A stretch of 64,000 nucleotides of DNA from assembly GCA_963766415.1 (NCBI GenBank), contig CAVYAH010000035.1, positions 8,773 through 72,772 of the forward strand, in the 5' to 3' direction. The notes beneath the pieces were generated by a model. That model made no database searches, had not been told where the DNA came from, and saw only the letters and a list, made by a program, of their open reading frames with translations. Positions 1 to 10,722 of the stretch are shown here, in pieces (the stretch's first letter is position 1; every line of letters starts with the position of its first letter). A program made the translations under genes and the position numbers. The stretch comes from an uncultured Alphaproteobacteria bacterium. Lineage in GTDB: Bacteria; Pseudomonadota; Alphaproteobacteria; Sphingomonadales; Sphingomonadaceae.

Positions 1-1110
1 TTCTCGATTGGCTTCCGTGAGAAAGGTTACGACGAAGCCGAGCATGCCAAGAAGGTGGCGCGGCACCTCGGGACAGACCATACCGAGCTCTACGTAACGG
101 CTGAGGAGGCGAGGGCGGTCATTCCTCAGCTTCCGACGATCTATGACGAGCCGTTCGCGGATTCTTCGGCGAGATCCCGAACGCATCTCGTTTCCGCGCT
201 CGCTGGTCGACACGTCACGGTCGCACTCTCTGGCGACGGCGGCGACGAATTGTTCGGAGGCTATACCCGCTATCTTGTGACCGCGGCGCTGTGGAACCGG
301 ATTTCCGTGGTACCCGCGGCGTTCAGAGCTGGCGCGGCGTGGGCGCTGACGATGGTCCGGCCGTCCGCATGGACGACAGATTGGGAGATGTCGCGGGCGG
401 GATGCTGCCCCGGATGGCGCAGTTCAACCGACTTGGAGACAAGGTCCACAAGGGCGCCACCCTTCTTCGGAGCCAGTCGGCATCGGAGCTTTATGATGGA
501 ATGCTTTCGCTGTGGCGCGATCCTGCTTCCGTCGTTAAGGGCGCGACCGAGCCACCATCCCAAGCGACCGGACTGACGCCCCCGCTGCGGGGGTTGGGGG
601 ATATCGAGCGGATGATGGCGCTCGACATGCTCGGCTACCTGCCCGATGACATCCTGGTGAAGGTAGACCGTGCGGCGATGGCAGTGTCGCTTGAAACCCG
701 CGTCCCCTTCCTAGATCATCGCGTTATTGAGTTCGCTTGGCGGCTTCCGTTCGATCTGAAGATCCGGAACGGGCGAGACCAAATGGGTGCTGCGTCAGCT
801 GCTTTACCGTTACGTCCCCAGAGAACTAGTCGACCGACCCAAGATGGGCTTCGGAGTGCCGATTGACAGCTGGCTTCGTGGGCCGCTGCGGGATTGGGCG
901 GAGGAGTTGCTCGATGAGCGGCGGCTGACCGCTGAGGGCTATTTTCAGCCGGAACTCAATCCGGCGCGTGTGGCGGGCACATCTCAGCGGCAAAATCAAC
1001 GAAGCAATATCGATTGTGGCCAATTCTGATGTTCCAGTCGTGGTTGCAGTCCGAACCGGAAGTTGCGACGTCTATCTCGGAAACCGACGATGCCAGCATT
1101 CGCCGGCTGA
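1..1110 (+). CDS. asnB: Asparagine synthase (glutamine-hydrolysing) family amidotransferase, C-terminal part; 5'-truncated by window edge, several frameshifts, 3' end approximate
   Basis: Motifs [58 protein letters not shown] and [10 protein letters not shown] spread over ORFs 55-576, 291-866, 787-1029 and 1014-1214. Confidence 0.9.
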
Positions 1111-2512
1111 TGCCCCAATCGCCGACCAGACCATCCGTCGCAGGGCCGCGCGCTGCTACCGACGGCTTTCCGCACTTCATTCAAACCACAAGAAGATCGC
1201 CGCCGGGGCGCTGATGATCGGTGTTCTGACAGTTAGTTGCGAAAATCTTCCGTCGCCGCTCGTGAGATGGCCATTGCATGGCGTTATGGTCGTCAGTGCG
1301 ACGGTCGACGCTTATCAGCTGGCGCTGACCATCACGACTTGGCTGCCGATGATGTTGACTAGCGTCATGACGGTGATGCTCGTCCCGCGCTTGGTTGCGC
1401 TTCGCAGCAACTCATTCGAGCGCCACAATTTATTGCGGAGCTCAACGGCACAGTTCTGGTGATCGGGCTTGGTGTCGCCTCGCGATTTTCGCGCGGCACC
1501 TGCGGCCGTCGCTACTGCTCGCTTCGCGGCTCGATCCGGGCACGCTTGAGTTCTCACGTCGGCGATGTCTGGATCATGAGCCCAGTTGCGCTCTTCGCGA
1601 TTGTGGTGGGTTATCTTCTCCGCTCGGCTGCAGTCGCGCGAGCGCTTTGCCTATAGCGTTACCGAGGCGATACCAGCGCTCGCAATTGCGCTGTTCGTCA
1701 TCGGTATGCGCCAGTCCGGCGGTAGCGCGCTCTTGACGGGCGGCACGGTCACGGGCTTCTTGCGTGCAAGCAGTCGTGCTATGCGTGCGATGGTGCAGCG
1801 CGGTGATGGGGCCCTTGGGTCGCTTTCCCTTGCGGCATCGCTCGCGCGAATGGGGGTCACTTTATGCCTCGGCGCTGTCATGGTGGCGGCGCAGGCCGTG
1901 CTGGCGTTCAGCATTCCGATCGACCAGGCGTTCGCTGCGCGGTTCGGCGCCGGCGCGGTCGCCACGCTGGGCTACGCGAACCGGATCGTTATCCTCGTCA
2001 CTGGCTTCGGCACGGTCGTGCTGGCTCGAGCGCTGCTCCCCGTGCTGTCGCGCACGATCGCCGACGGCGATCACGAGCTCGGCTCACGTCATGCTAGACA
2101 GTGGGCGTGGTTGATGTTCGGGTTCGGCGCGGCGATCGCACTCGCGATGTGGTTATTCGCGGATTGGGGGGTATCGCTGGTCTTCGAGCGCGGCGCGTTC
2201 TCGGGCGCGGACACGAAGGCGGTCGCACGCGTGCTCCAATTCGGTTTGCTTCAGGTCCCATTGTACTTTGGTGGGCTGGTTCTGGTGCAATGGATCGCAG
2301 CCACGAACCGATTTCGTTACATGCTGATCATCACGAGCTGTGCCCTAATCGTGAAAATCGCGGCAAATATCGTGCTCACTCCGATGTTCAAACTGAACGA
2401 AATCATGATTTCAACAGCCCTCATGTATCTCGTGACGATGATCCTCCTGAAGCGTGGTCATGAGCCGGCGATCGCGCCTGCAAGGCAGTCGGATATAGGT
2501 TCTCGGACATGA
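1110..2512 (+). CDS. MurJ/MviN-like (MOP superfamily) glycan flippase; frameshifted, start approximate
   Basis: Multi-TM protein with VDAYQLA, IDQAFAARFGAGAVATLGYANR and LVFERGAFS, typical of the MviN family; lies in a glycan locus. Confidence 0.75.
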
Positions 2513-3197
2513 GCCAAGACGTCATTTGGGATCATTTTCAAAATGAGGGTGTCGCCGCGTTCAGTGGCGCGCGTCCCAGACTGGAGTTTCTAATTCGGCG
2601 ACTAAGACGCAACGAGCGAGTGCTCAACATCGGGGTCGGCTCTGGCGACCTGGAGGCACTCGTCGTCCGGAAAGGGATAGAGGTCTGGGCGCTCGACCCT
2701 AGCGAGCGTGCAATTGCGCAATTACGAGAACGACTTGGGCTCGGCGAGCATGCCCGGGTTGGATACGGCCAAAAAATGCCCTTCCCAGACGAGAACTTCG
2801 ACGCATTGATCATGACGGAAGTGCTCGAACACCTCGAGGATGTCGTCCGCGAGAATTCGCTTTTGGAGGCGGCACGTGTGCTAAAGTCGGAGGCCGTTTC
2901 ATCGGTACGGTACCGGCGCGCGAGCGGCTCAAAGAGGATTCGGAAGTCGTTTGTCCGAAATGTGAACACCATTTTCACCGATGGGGCCACCAGGCGAGTT
3001 TCGACCTCAATTCAATGCGTGCGTTACTTGAATGCAATTTTCGTGTGGAAACCTTGGAGGAGCGCTTCTTCAACGAATGGGAATCCGTTGGATCAAGACG
3101 TTTCGCGCTTGGCCTTGTAAAGAAGGTTCTGTCCTGGAGGGGCTCCGGAACCTGAGCAATGTAGCGGCATATATTCTTTGTGGCTCGGAAGGTCTGA
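2509..3197 (+). CDS. Class I SAM-dependent methyltransferase (frameshifted)
   Basis: VLNIGVGSG motif I, MPFPDENFD and EVLEHL; C-terminus continues in another frame (CPKCEHHFHRWGH). Confidence 0.8.
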
Positions 3198-3198
3198 G

Positions 3199-4066
3199 GT
3201 GCTAAAATCAGTGAGAAACGTCGCGACAGACTGGAACGACGAAATCTCAAGCGGCGAACGCTTCGTGATTCGGCGACAACTGGGCGGCCTTCCTGAAGAG
3301 ACTTTCCGAAGAGCAAATCCGCAGCGCCCGAGTTTCGCTGACGAAAATGCTCTCGGTATCGCGCCTGGATGGAAAGAGCCTCGTCGACATCGGCTCGGGA
3401 AGCGGACTGTTCAGCCTCGCTGCACGCCAGCTCGGAGCTCGGGTGACATCATTTGATTATGATCCCAAGTCTGTCGCCTGCACAGCCGAATTGAAGCGAC
3501 GTTATTATCCGCGAGACAAGAACTGGCTTGTTGGAAAGGGTTCTGCACTCGATCGCGAATTCCTAGCAGACTTGGTCGTTTTGACATCGTCTATTCGTGG
3601 GGCGTTCTGCACCATACTGGCTCGATGTGGGAAGCGCTCGACAACGTCGCCCCGCTCGTTGCACCGGGAGGTTTGCTGTTCATTGCGATTTACAACGATC
3701 AGGGTCTAGCGAGCCGGATATGGAAGAAGATAAAGCGAGCGTATGTGAAAGCGCCGCCTCCGCTTAAATGGGCGGTGCTTCTGCAGCATTCCACTCCTTC
3801 GGCTTTGGGGGCCAGCGTGCGTTCGCGATGCCGTGCGTGGGCAGCCATTTCGCTCATGGCGGAGTTATGGCCAAAAGCCGGGTGGCCGCGGAATGGACCC
3901 GTGGCGAGACGTGGTCGATTGGGTCGGCGGCTATCCGTTTGAAGTCGCAACGCCCGATGCAATCATCGAATTTTATCGTGAACGCGGATTTGAGCTCCGG
4001 AGGGTGAAGACATGTGGCCGTAGCCTCGGCTGCAACGAATTCGTCTTCGCATTTACTCTCGAATAA
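3199..4066 (+). CDS. Class I SAM-dependent methyltransferase (UbiG-like fold; frameshifted)
   Basis: LVDIGSGSGLFSLAA, IVYSWGVLHHTG (alternate frame), LFIAIYNDQG, DWVGGYPFE and GCNEFVF. Confidence 0.8.
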
Positions 4067-4078
4067 CGTCCACCAGTG

Positions 4079-5197
4079 GTGCGCAAGTTCTCAATTTTCT
4101 TTCTCATTCGCTCGCTTGAAGTTGGGGTCAGAAAGGCAGCTGGTCCAACTCGCAATCGGCCTTCATGAGCGGGGGGAAACAGTTCGAGTTCGCCGTCTTC
4201 TACCGTCGAGGCCCATTCCTGTCCGAACTTGTCGGCGTGGCATTGAGATCATCGACCTTCAAAAGACGGGACGATGGGACCTTCTAAGATTTTTCGTACA
4301 CACGGTGAAAGCGCTGCGCCGCGCCAAACCTGACGTTTTCTACAGTATGCTCGGAGGCGCCAATATCATTGCAGCAGCGGTGCGACGGTTTGTGCCGAAT
4401 ACGAAATTGGTTTGGACTATACGCTCGTCAAACACCGACCTTAGCCAATATGATTGGCTGCACGGCGCCGCTACCAACTCGAATGCGCAATGTCCGGATT
4501 TCCGGACTTGATTATTGCGAATTCGGCAGCGGGCCGTGAATTCCGTTGCCCATGGATTTCCCGCGAGCCGAATAGAAGTCGTCCCAAACGGTATCGATAC
4601 GGATCGTTTCCGGCCGGACGGCGAGCTTCGGTCTCAGCAGCGCCGTCGGTGGAACTCAAGAATGAACATATTGCAGTCGGCGTGCTCGCACGGCTCGACG
4701 CGATGAAAGACCATCAGACTTTCCTGCGCGCTGCGGCAATCGCAGCAAAACGCAGACCGGACTTGCGGTTCATGTGCATCGGCGAGGGCGTTGAGCGGCC
4801 GCGGCTTGAGGAGCTGGCCCGTGAGCTTGGGATAGCTGGTCAGGTAATGCTCCCTGGTGGGGCCGAACCGGTAGCGGCATTGAACGCGCTCGACATTGTC
4901 TGTTCCTCATCGGCTTTTGGCGAAGGTTTTTCCAATTCAGTCGCCGAAGCAATGTCGTGCGGGCGTCCTTGCATAGTTACGGACGTTGGCAATTCTGCAA
5001 TGATCGTCGAGAATGGCGGGTCGGTGGTCCCTCCTTCCGATCCGCAGGCACTCGCCGCAGCGATCGTCGACATGGCTGGCCGACGAAAATCAATCGATGG
5101 ATCGAAGTTACGCTCTAGGATCGTTGAGAATTTCTCGGTTGATGCGATGGTCGAACGCACTCAACACGTTCTTGCGACCATCGGGTTCAAAGACTGA
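4079..5197 (+). CDS. Glycosyltransferase family 4 (GT-B); frameshifted
   Basis: SERQLVQLA, VVPNGID, ARLDAMKDHQTFL and EGFSNSVAEAMSCGRPCIVTDVG (E-X7-E). Confidence 0.88.
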
Positions 5198-6284
5198 GCG
5201 GTGCAGCGGTCGAGGTCGCGGATTCGTCCATACCCCGCACCTGCTCAAGTGGTTGCCAAGTGAAAGCCGGTGCACGCGGAAGGCGTCTTGAGGCGATGCG
5301 ATTTCGCACTCTTAGCAACATCAGTAAGAACCAGCGAAGAGATGAGGGGCTCGCCGATGCCCAAGCACTCCATATAAATGCGCTCGCGGTGCGAATATCG
5401 AACGACATGTCCGCGCAATTCAGAAAACGCCATAGCAATCGCGGCTTGCGTCCAGCCCACAGATGCACCGAACCAATTGCAATGAACACACGTGGATCCA
5501 GTTTTTTCGGGCCATCATCCGACGGCAATACGGTGGAGTCGTACGGTCTGTTGAGTGCAATGCGATCTAGCACTCGATATTCCTTATCGAGTGCTTGCTC
5601 CAATCTCTTTTGGCTGGACGCAATGCGCGTGCTGGTTGTCGATTGGCGTACGCGGTACAGGGGCCGCGGGATGACGAGGACTCTAGAAATGCGCGCAATC
5701 CGCATGATCAGATCCTGGTCCTCCCAATACTCACATTCCTTACGGTAACCGCCCACTTCATCGAAAATTTCGCGCCGGTACAGCATGGCGCCATGGGCGA
5801 ACGGAACGAACACGGAGCGTTTGAAAAGACGCCACGGCTCGGGACCGCGGATTTTGCGGCCTGACGCGTCGATCATGTCGCAGAGACTTGCAACCACGCC
5901 GACTTCGGGGTGTGCGCGCAGCAACCGCACTCCCTCGGCGATCCGCATCGGGTAAGAGATGTCGTCAGCATCCATGCGCGCTACTAAAGGTGCTCTTGCG
6001 GCGCGGGCCACCATGTTTGAGCTGCCGACGGGTCCTAAGTTCTGGTCGACCGTGAGAAGTCGGATCCGGGAATCGCGTGACTCCCAAGCGAGTAAGCGCC
6101 GTCGCGAATTGTCTGTCGAGGCATCATCAAGGATCACGAACTCGAAGTCGCCAAAGGTTTGGCCGAGGATACTTTCGATCGCCTGGTCGAGATGCGGCAG
6201 CGCGTTGTGGACCGGCATGACGACGCTCAAGGGCGGCGCTCCAGCAGTTTGCCGCCCCTTAGATGAGGTGCTCGTAAGCATCAT
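5187..6284 (-). CDS. Glycosyltransferase family 2
   Basis: SVVMPVHNA, ILDDASTD, ARMDADD and EDQDL motifs. Confidence 0.9.
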   Translation of the reverse strand: MMLTSTSSKGRQTAGAPPLSVVMPVHNALPHLDQAIESILGQTFGDFEFVILDDASTDNSRRRLLAWESRDSRIRLLTVDQNLGPVGSSNMVARAARAPLVARMDADDISYPMRIAEGVRLLRAHPEVGVVASLCDMIDASGRKIRGPEPWRLFKRSVFVPFAHGAMLYRREIFDEVGGYRKECEYWEDQDLIMRIARISRVLVIPRPLYRVRQSTTSTRIASSQKRLEQALDKEYRVLDRIALNRPYDSTVLPSDDGPKKLDPRVFIAIGSVHLWAGRKPRLLWRFLNCADMSFDIRTASAFIWSAWASASPSSLRWFLLMLLRVRNRIASRRLPRAPAFTWQPLEQVRGMDESATSTAAPLSL

Positions 6285-6492
6285 GGCCGAGCTAAGCAGG
6301 AATTCGAACCACGATAAAGCTCGGAAAGAAGCCGCTTTCTAGGAAATGACCGCAAAGCTTCGACGGGCTGAAGACCGTCCGTTGCGGACATCGAGTGACG
6401 CTGTAGTATCGATTGAAGATGCCGTCGCTAGAGGCTCTTTCTGATCCCGCCCTCTCTGACACGGGGGTCGGCGGCTCGCCTCGGGCCCTCCC

Positions 6493-7263
6493 GTGACTCC
6501 TTACGCGGCGATCCGGTACCTGCGCCTTCGTAATGTTCGACGACTGCTGGGGCAGGACGAGATGGTGAAATTGTTCAAGCCTGGCGGCGAAGAGCAAGAC
6601 GATTACTCGCTAAAACCCTTCATTCGGACGAACAGCGTTTTCGTGCACTTGCCCAAGACAGCCGGTGTGTCGATCAGCCGTGCCCTCTATGGATCCCTTG
6701 GAATGGGCCACCTCACACTGGGCGAATTTGGTACCATTTTTCGGTCGTACGCATTTGGAAGGATGTTCAAGTTCACCTTTGTCCGTAATCCATTCGACCG
6801 AATCCATTCGGCGTATCATTTCCTCCGGTCGGGCGGCATGGGCGGACTTGACGCGGAATTCGACCGACAAGTCCTGAAGAACTTCCCAACTTTCGAGCAG
6901 TTTGTACTGCAGGGACTTGAGCAGGAAAAAGTCGCAGGCTTCTGGCATTTCCTGCCGGACACGCATTTCCTTTCTTGCGAGGCTGGAGGCCCGGTCGACC
7001 TCGATTTCATAGGACGGTATGAAACGCTCGAGGAGGATTTCGACTACGTCCGGGCGCGGGTGAACCCACCTGCGAGGCTGGGCCATTTCAACCGCACGCC
7101 CAAAAAGGAAGATTACCGTAGCGCCTACACGCCTGAAATGGTCGACCGCGTAGCGCAGCAATATGAGGAGGATCTCAACCTCTTCGGCTATGAATTCGAC
7201 GGTCCAGCACGCCCGATCAGGGGCACGTCGGCGCCAGGGCCGCGTTCGACGACGCGGCCATGA
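6493..7263 (+). CDS. Sulfotransferase family 2 protein
   Basis: 5'-PSB motif FVHLPKTAGVSI, 3'-PB motif FTFVRNPFDRIHSAY, DFIGRYETLEEDF and YEEDLNLFGY. Confidence 0.88.
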   Translation: MTPYAAIRYLRLRNVRRLLGQDEMVKLFKPGGEEQDDYSLKPFIRTNSVFVHLPKTAGVSISRALYGSLGMGHLTLGEFGTIFRSYAFGRMFKFTFVRNPFDRIHSAYHFLRSGGMGGLDAEFDRQVLKNFPTFEQFVLQGLEQEKVAGFWHFLPDTHFLSCEAGGPVDLDFIGRYETLEEDFDYVRARVNPPARLGHFNRTPKKEDYRSAYTPEMVDRVAQQYEEDLNLFGYEFDGPARPIRGTSAPGPRSTTRP

Positions 7264-8990
7264 TCCAGTTGCGCTAACAGGTCACAGCTGCGGATTGTCG
7301 AGTCCCGATGCGCGACGATGATGATCGTTCGTCCCTCCCGCCGCAGCCCGCCAAGCGCTTCCATGACGGCGCGTTCGGTCGCCTCGTCGAGGGCGCTCGT
7401 TGCTTCGTCCAGGACGAAGATCGGCGCGTTCTTATAGATTGCGCGGGCTATTCCAAGCCGTTGCCGCTGCCCGCCCGAAAGCCGAACACCTCGCTCACCG
7501 ACAAATGTCTCGTAAGCGGCCGGCAGCGAAACGATGAAATCGTGAAGTTGCGCCTTCTTGGCGGCATCCACGATCCGGCCGGAATCTGGAGGACTGTCGG
7601 GGAGGCTGAGTCCAATGTTTCTCGCAATGCTGGAATCGGCAAGGAAGATCGATTGCGGCACATGCGCGACGCTGCGGTGCCATTGTTGCATGGTCACCGC
7701 GGTAAGCCTGATGTCGTCGATCAGAATGCGGCCCGAATCCGGTGGCAAGAGGCCCATCAGAACGTCGACGAGCGTGCTCTTCCCGCTTCCTGTTGGCCCC
7801 GTGAGCGCCAGCATGCTTCCGGCGGGTATGACCAGATTTATGCGATCGAGAGAAGGGCGACGCCTTGTCGGGTAGGTGAAGGTGACGTCTTCAAGAACAA
7901 TCGCCTCGCTGAGGGGCAGGGGCGCGCTTGCTTCCCCCGCGGTCGCCGGCACGGGCAGACGCAACAGCTCGACGACCTGATCCAATACCGACCGCCGGGC
8001 CGCCGCCGATGACCAGCCGCTGTACACTTCCTGCAGCAGAGGCAGAAGGCGCTGTCCGCCGAGCGCGAGCGCGCCGAGGATCGGCAACGCAGCGGCGATC
8101 CCGCCGTCGCGGCGTCCAATGAGTACAGCGATCGCGGCGATCACGACCATTCCTACGATCTCGATGAGATAACGAGGAGCAAGGACGGCGAATTCGGTGG
8201 ACGCGCGGGCAGCAGCCAGCCGGGAGTCTATCTGGTTGAATTCACGCAAGTAGACCGCGGCCGAGTTGTCGATGATGACGTCGCGGATTCCACCGAGGCT
8301 TTCCTGCACGATCTTCAGGCGATCGTCATCAGCGGTTCCCAGGATTGCGGAATTCTCCGCCAGCCGCTTCCGGCTCACAGTGGAAATGAGCAGATAAGTC
8401 ATCGCGAAGGCGGCGGCCACGAACAGAGTTGCCAGCGGCGCTATCAAAAGCAGGAAGGCGATCACGAAGGAAGCGATCACGCCGGCGGTAACCGCCCGCA
8501 TCAACGGCAGGAGGAGATCCAACATCACGACTTCTGTCTTATTGAGCGCCGACAGGAGCGTGCTCGTGTTGCGATGGACGTGGAAGCTGAAGGGCTGAAG
8601 GAGCACACGCCGCTGGATTTCTGCGTTGATTTCGTGGCCAAGGCCAAAGACGAAAGCCCTGGCCGAGCGGACCAATTGGAGCCGAGTAAGGCCGGCTATT
8701 GTCGCCACAATCATGAAAATCGTCGCAGCGATCAGCAGCGGATCTCCGCCCAAGCGAGACATTCGGGTCAACGGTAGCCAGGATCGCGCGAACCTTCCGG
8801 TTCCCTCGGCGAGCAGCGCAAGGAAGGGCATCACCGCGCCGATCGTCGCGAGCTCGGCGAGGGCGCCGGCGAACATCAGTACCAGGACGAGGAAGAACTG
8901 TCGCCGGCGCGGCGGCGACATGTGCCGGTAGATCTGTTTCAGTCCGGCCCAGACCCCGACGTCCTGTCCCGCGGCTTCAGTCCCACTCAT
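7188..8990 (-). CDS. ABC exporter, fused TMD-NBD (MsbA/PglK-like), probably a glycan or lipid-linked oligosaccharide exporter
   Basis: N-terminal TM helices, Walker A GPTGSGKS, signature LSGGQRQR and Walker B FVLDEATSALD. Confidence 0.9.
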   Translation of the reverse strand: MSGTEAAGQDVGVWAGLKQIYRHMSPPRRRQFFLVLVLMFAGALAELATIGAVMPFLALLAEGTGRFARSWLPLTRMSRLGGDPLLIAATIFMIVATIAGLTRLQLVRSARAFVFGLGHEINAEIQRRVLLQPFSFHVHRNTSTLLSALNKTEVVMLDLLLPLMRAVTAGVIASFVIAFLLLIAPLATLFVAAAFAMTYLLISTVSRKRLAENSAILGTADDDRLKIVQESLGGIRDVIIDNSAAVYLREFNQIDSRLAAARASTEFAVLAPRYLIEIVGMVVIAAIAVLIGRRDGGIAAALPILGALALGGQRLLPLLQEVYSGWSSAAARRSVLDQVVELLRLPVPATAGEASAPLPLSEAIVLEDVTFTYPTRRRPSLDRINLVIPAGSMLALTGPTGSGKSTLVDVLMGLLPPDSGRILIDDIRLTAVTMQQWHRSVAHVPQSIFLADSSIARNIGLSLPDSPPDSGRIVDAAKKAQLHDFIVSLPAAYETFVGERGVRLSGGQRQRLGIARAIYKNAPIFVLDEATSALDEATERAVMEALGGLRREGRTIIIVAHRDSTIRSCDLLAQLDHGRVVERGPGADVPLIGRAGPSNS

Positions 8991-9074
8991 GAGCACGCAG
9001 TAGAGCAGGTTTGAGATGATCGACAAAGAGAGGGCAGCCGATTAGCCCCAGTCACGAGCGCCGCACCGCACGGA

Positions 9075-9899
9075 ATGAACCTGGCCATAGGAGGTACGTT
9101 GACGGCTGATTGCGTGACCCTCTGGATCGGCGATTCCCTGGGGCCGGTCGAGCGGGCCTGCCTTCGGTCCGTGATGCGCCAGCGTCACACCCTGGCGCTC
9201 TATTGCTACCGCGAACCCCGAGGCGTGCCCAACGGGGTTGAAGTCCGCGATGCATCGGAGGTTCTGCCGGAGGCAGCAATACTTCGTCACGAGCGGGGAA
9301 GCGTGGCCCTCTTTTCCGACTGGTTCCGCTATGAGCTGCAGCGGCGCGCTCTCGGCACGTGGGTCGATACGGACAATTATTTGCTCGCCCGGCTCGACAT
9401 GGAACGGCCATATCTTTTCGGAAAGCAGATCGTCGAACCGCCTCGGCCTTGGCGTCGACGCCAACGTGAATCGATTGCCGCCGGCGTACTACGCTTGCCG
9501 GCGGACTCTCCTATGCTGCCTCCTTTGCTCGAGCAGTTCGAACGGCCCGGGATTCCCGACTGGGTCACTTGGTACTCAGCGGCGCGGGCCAATGTTCGCA
9601 GGTTGATCACTGGAAATTTTGACCTGTCGCGCCTGCCCTGGGGGACGGCCGGGCCGTTTGCGGTCACCGCGCTTGCCGAACGGTACGGCCTTAGCTCGGA
9701 AGCACTGCCGATCGACGTTTTCAACCCGGTCCCATGGTACCAGGCACGATGGATCGTCGATCCTGAGGTTAGGCTGGAGGACCTGGTCACGGACAAAACA
9801 GTCGGCGTTCACCTCTGGAACGAGTGCATCAAGGACTTCAAGGACCGTCCGGCGAGGACCGGCAGCTTTCTCGAGCGGCTCCAAAGGGAAGGAGCATGA
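9075..9899 (+). CDS. DxD glycosyltransferase, GT32/Lgt5-like
   Basis: LWIGDSLGPVERACLRS, FSDWFRYEL, GTWVDTD, WGTAGP and VHLWNE. Confidence 0.72.
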   Translation: MNLAIGGTLTADCVTLWIGDSLGPVERACLRSVMRQRHTLALYCYREPRGVPNGVEVRDASEVLPEAAILRHERGSVALFSDWFRYELQRRALGTWVDTDNYLLARLDMERPYLFGKQIVEPPRPWRRRQRESIAAGVLRLPADSPMLPPLLEQFERPGIPDWVTWYSAARANVRRLITGNFDLSRLPWGTAGPFAVTALAERYGLSSEALPIDVFNPVPWYQARWIVDPEVRLEDLVTDKTVGVHLWNECIKDFKDRPARTGSFLERLQREGA

Positions 9900-9900
9900 G

Positions 9901-10722
9901 ATGGCTGTGTCGAGGAATCCAAGCGTCGCAGTCGTCATCCCGTGCTTCAACCAGAAGCGCTTCCTTGCGACAGCGATTGAGAGCGCCATCGCGCAGCGGG
10001 TTGAGCCGCGGGAGATCATCGTCGTCGACGATGGGTCGACCGACGACCTTAGAGCGATCATTTCAGCGTATTCAGATATCCAATTCATCCAACAGGAGAA
10101 TCGCGGGCTCGCTGGCGCGCGGAACAGCGGCCTGAGAGCTGCGAGCAGCGACAAGGTGATATTTCTCGATTCCGACGACCAGCTTCTACCTGGGGCGATC
10201 GAAACCGGTCTGAATTGCTTCAGCCGCGTTCCCGACGCGGCCTTCGTCTACGGCGCGCACAAGATCGTGAGAGGCGAGGCAAGCGTTCGAACTTACTTTC
10301 CGGTTTCGCGGCGCCGAGAACTCATCCAATGCAATTGGGTGGGCATGATAGCCGCGGCGATGTTCGACCGCGCGAAGCTGCTCGAGATTGGCGGCTTCGA
10401 CGAAAGCCTCGCAATGTGCGAGGACTGGGATGCGTATTTGCGGCTCAGCCAAAAATTCGCCTTCGCGCCGCACGATGATCTTGTCGCCGACTACCTGAGG
10501 CATGAGGCCAATGCCTCCAACGACTTGCGCCAATTGTGGAAGTGGATTGAGATTGTCCGGGTGAAGGCTTGGGATCACGGTCTCGATGCTGACGAACAGG
10601 TTGCGTGGCGCGAGGGAGAAGCTGTTTGGCACGCAATGTTGGGCCCCGATCCCGAACGAAAAGGGCTGATCGGACGCGCCGTGCGAAGGGCAGCGCGGAT
10701 GCTTCGACCCTCGTCTCGGTAG
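9901..10722 (+). CDS. Glycosyltransferase family 2
   Basis: VVIPCFNQ, VVDDGSTD, GLAGARNSG, FLDSDD and EDWD. Confidence 0.9.
   Translation: MAVSRNPSVAVVIPCFNQKRFLATAIESAIAQRVEPREIIVVDDGSTDDLRAIISAYSDIQFIQQENRGLAGARNSGLRAASSDKVIFLDSDDQLLPGAIETGLNCFSRVPDAAFVYGAHKIVRGEASVRTYFPVSRRRELIQCNWVGMIAAAMFDRAKLLEIGGFDESLAMCEDWDAYLRLSQKFAFAPHDDLVADYLRHEANASNDLRQLWKWIEIVRVKAWDHGLDADEQVAWREGEAVWHAMLGPDPERKGLIGRAVRRAARMLRPSSR

Noticed and set aside
1-1110. Lasso-peptide cyclase interpretation of the asparagine synthase homologue
   Set aside because: The motifs match glycan-locus AsnB amidotransferases; no precursor, PqqD/RRE or B2 protease is visible.
6300-6420. Hairpin with CGCAAAGC resembling a c-di-GMP-I riboswitch
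   Set aside because: The upstream GGCAAAC/GAAA stem and downstream consensus are missing; more likely divergent promoter DNA. An Rfam scan would settle it.
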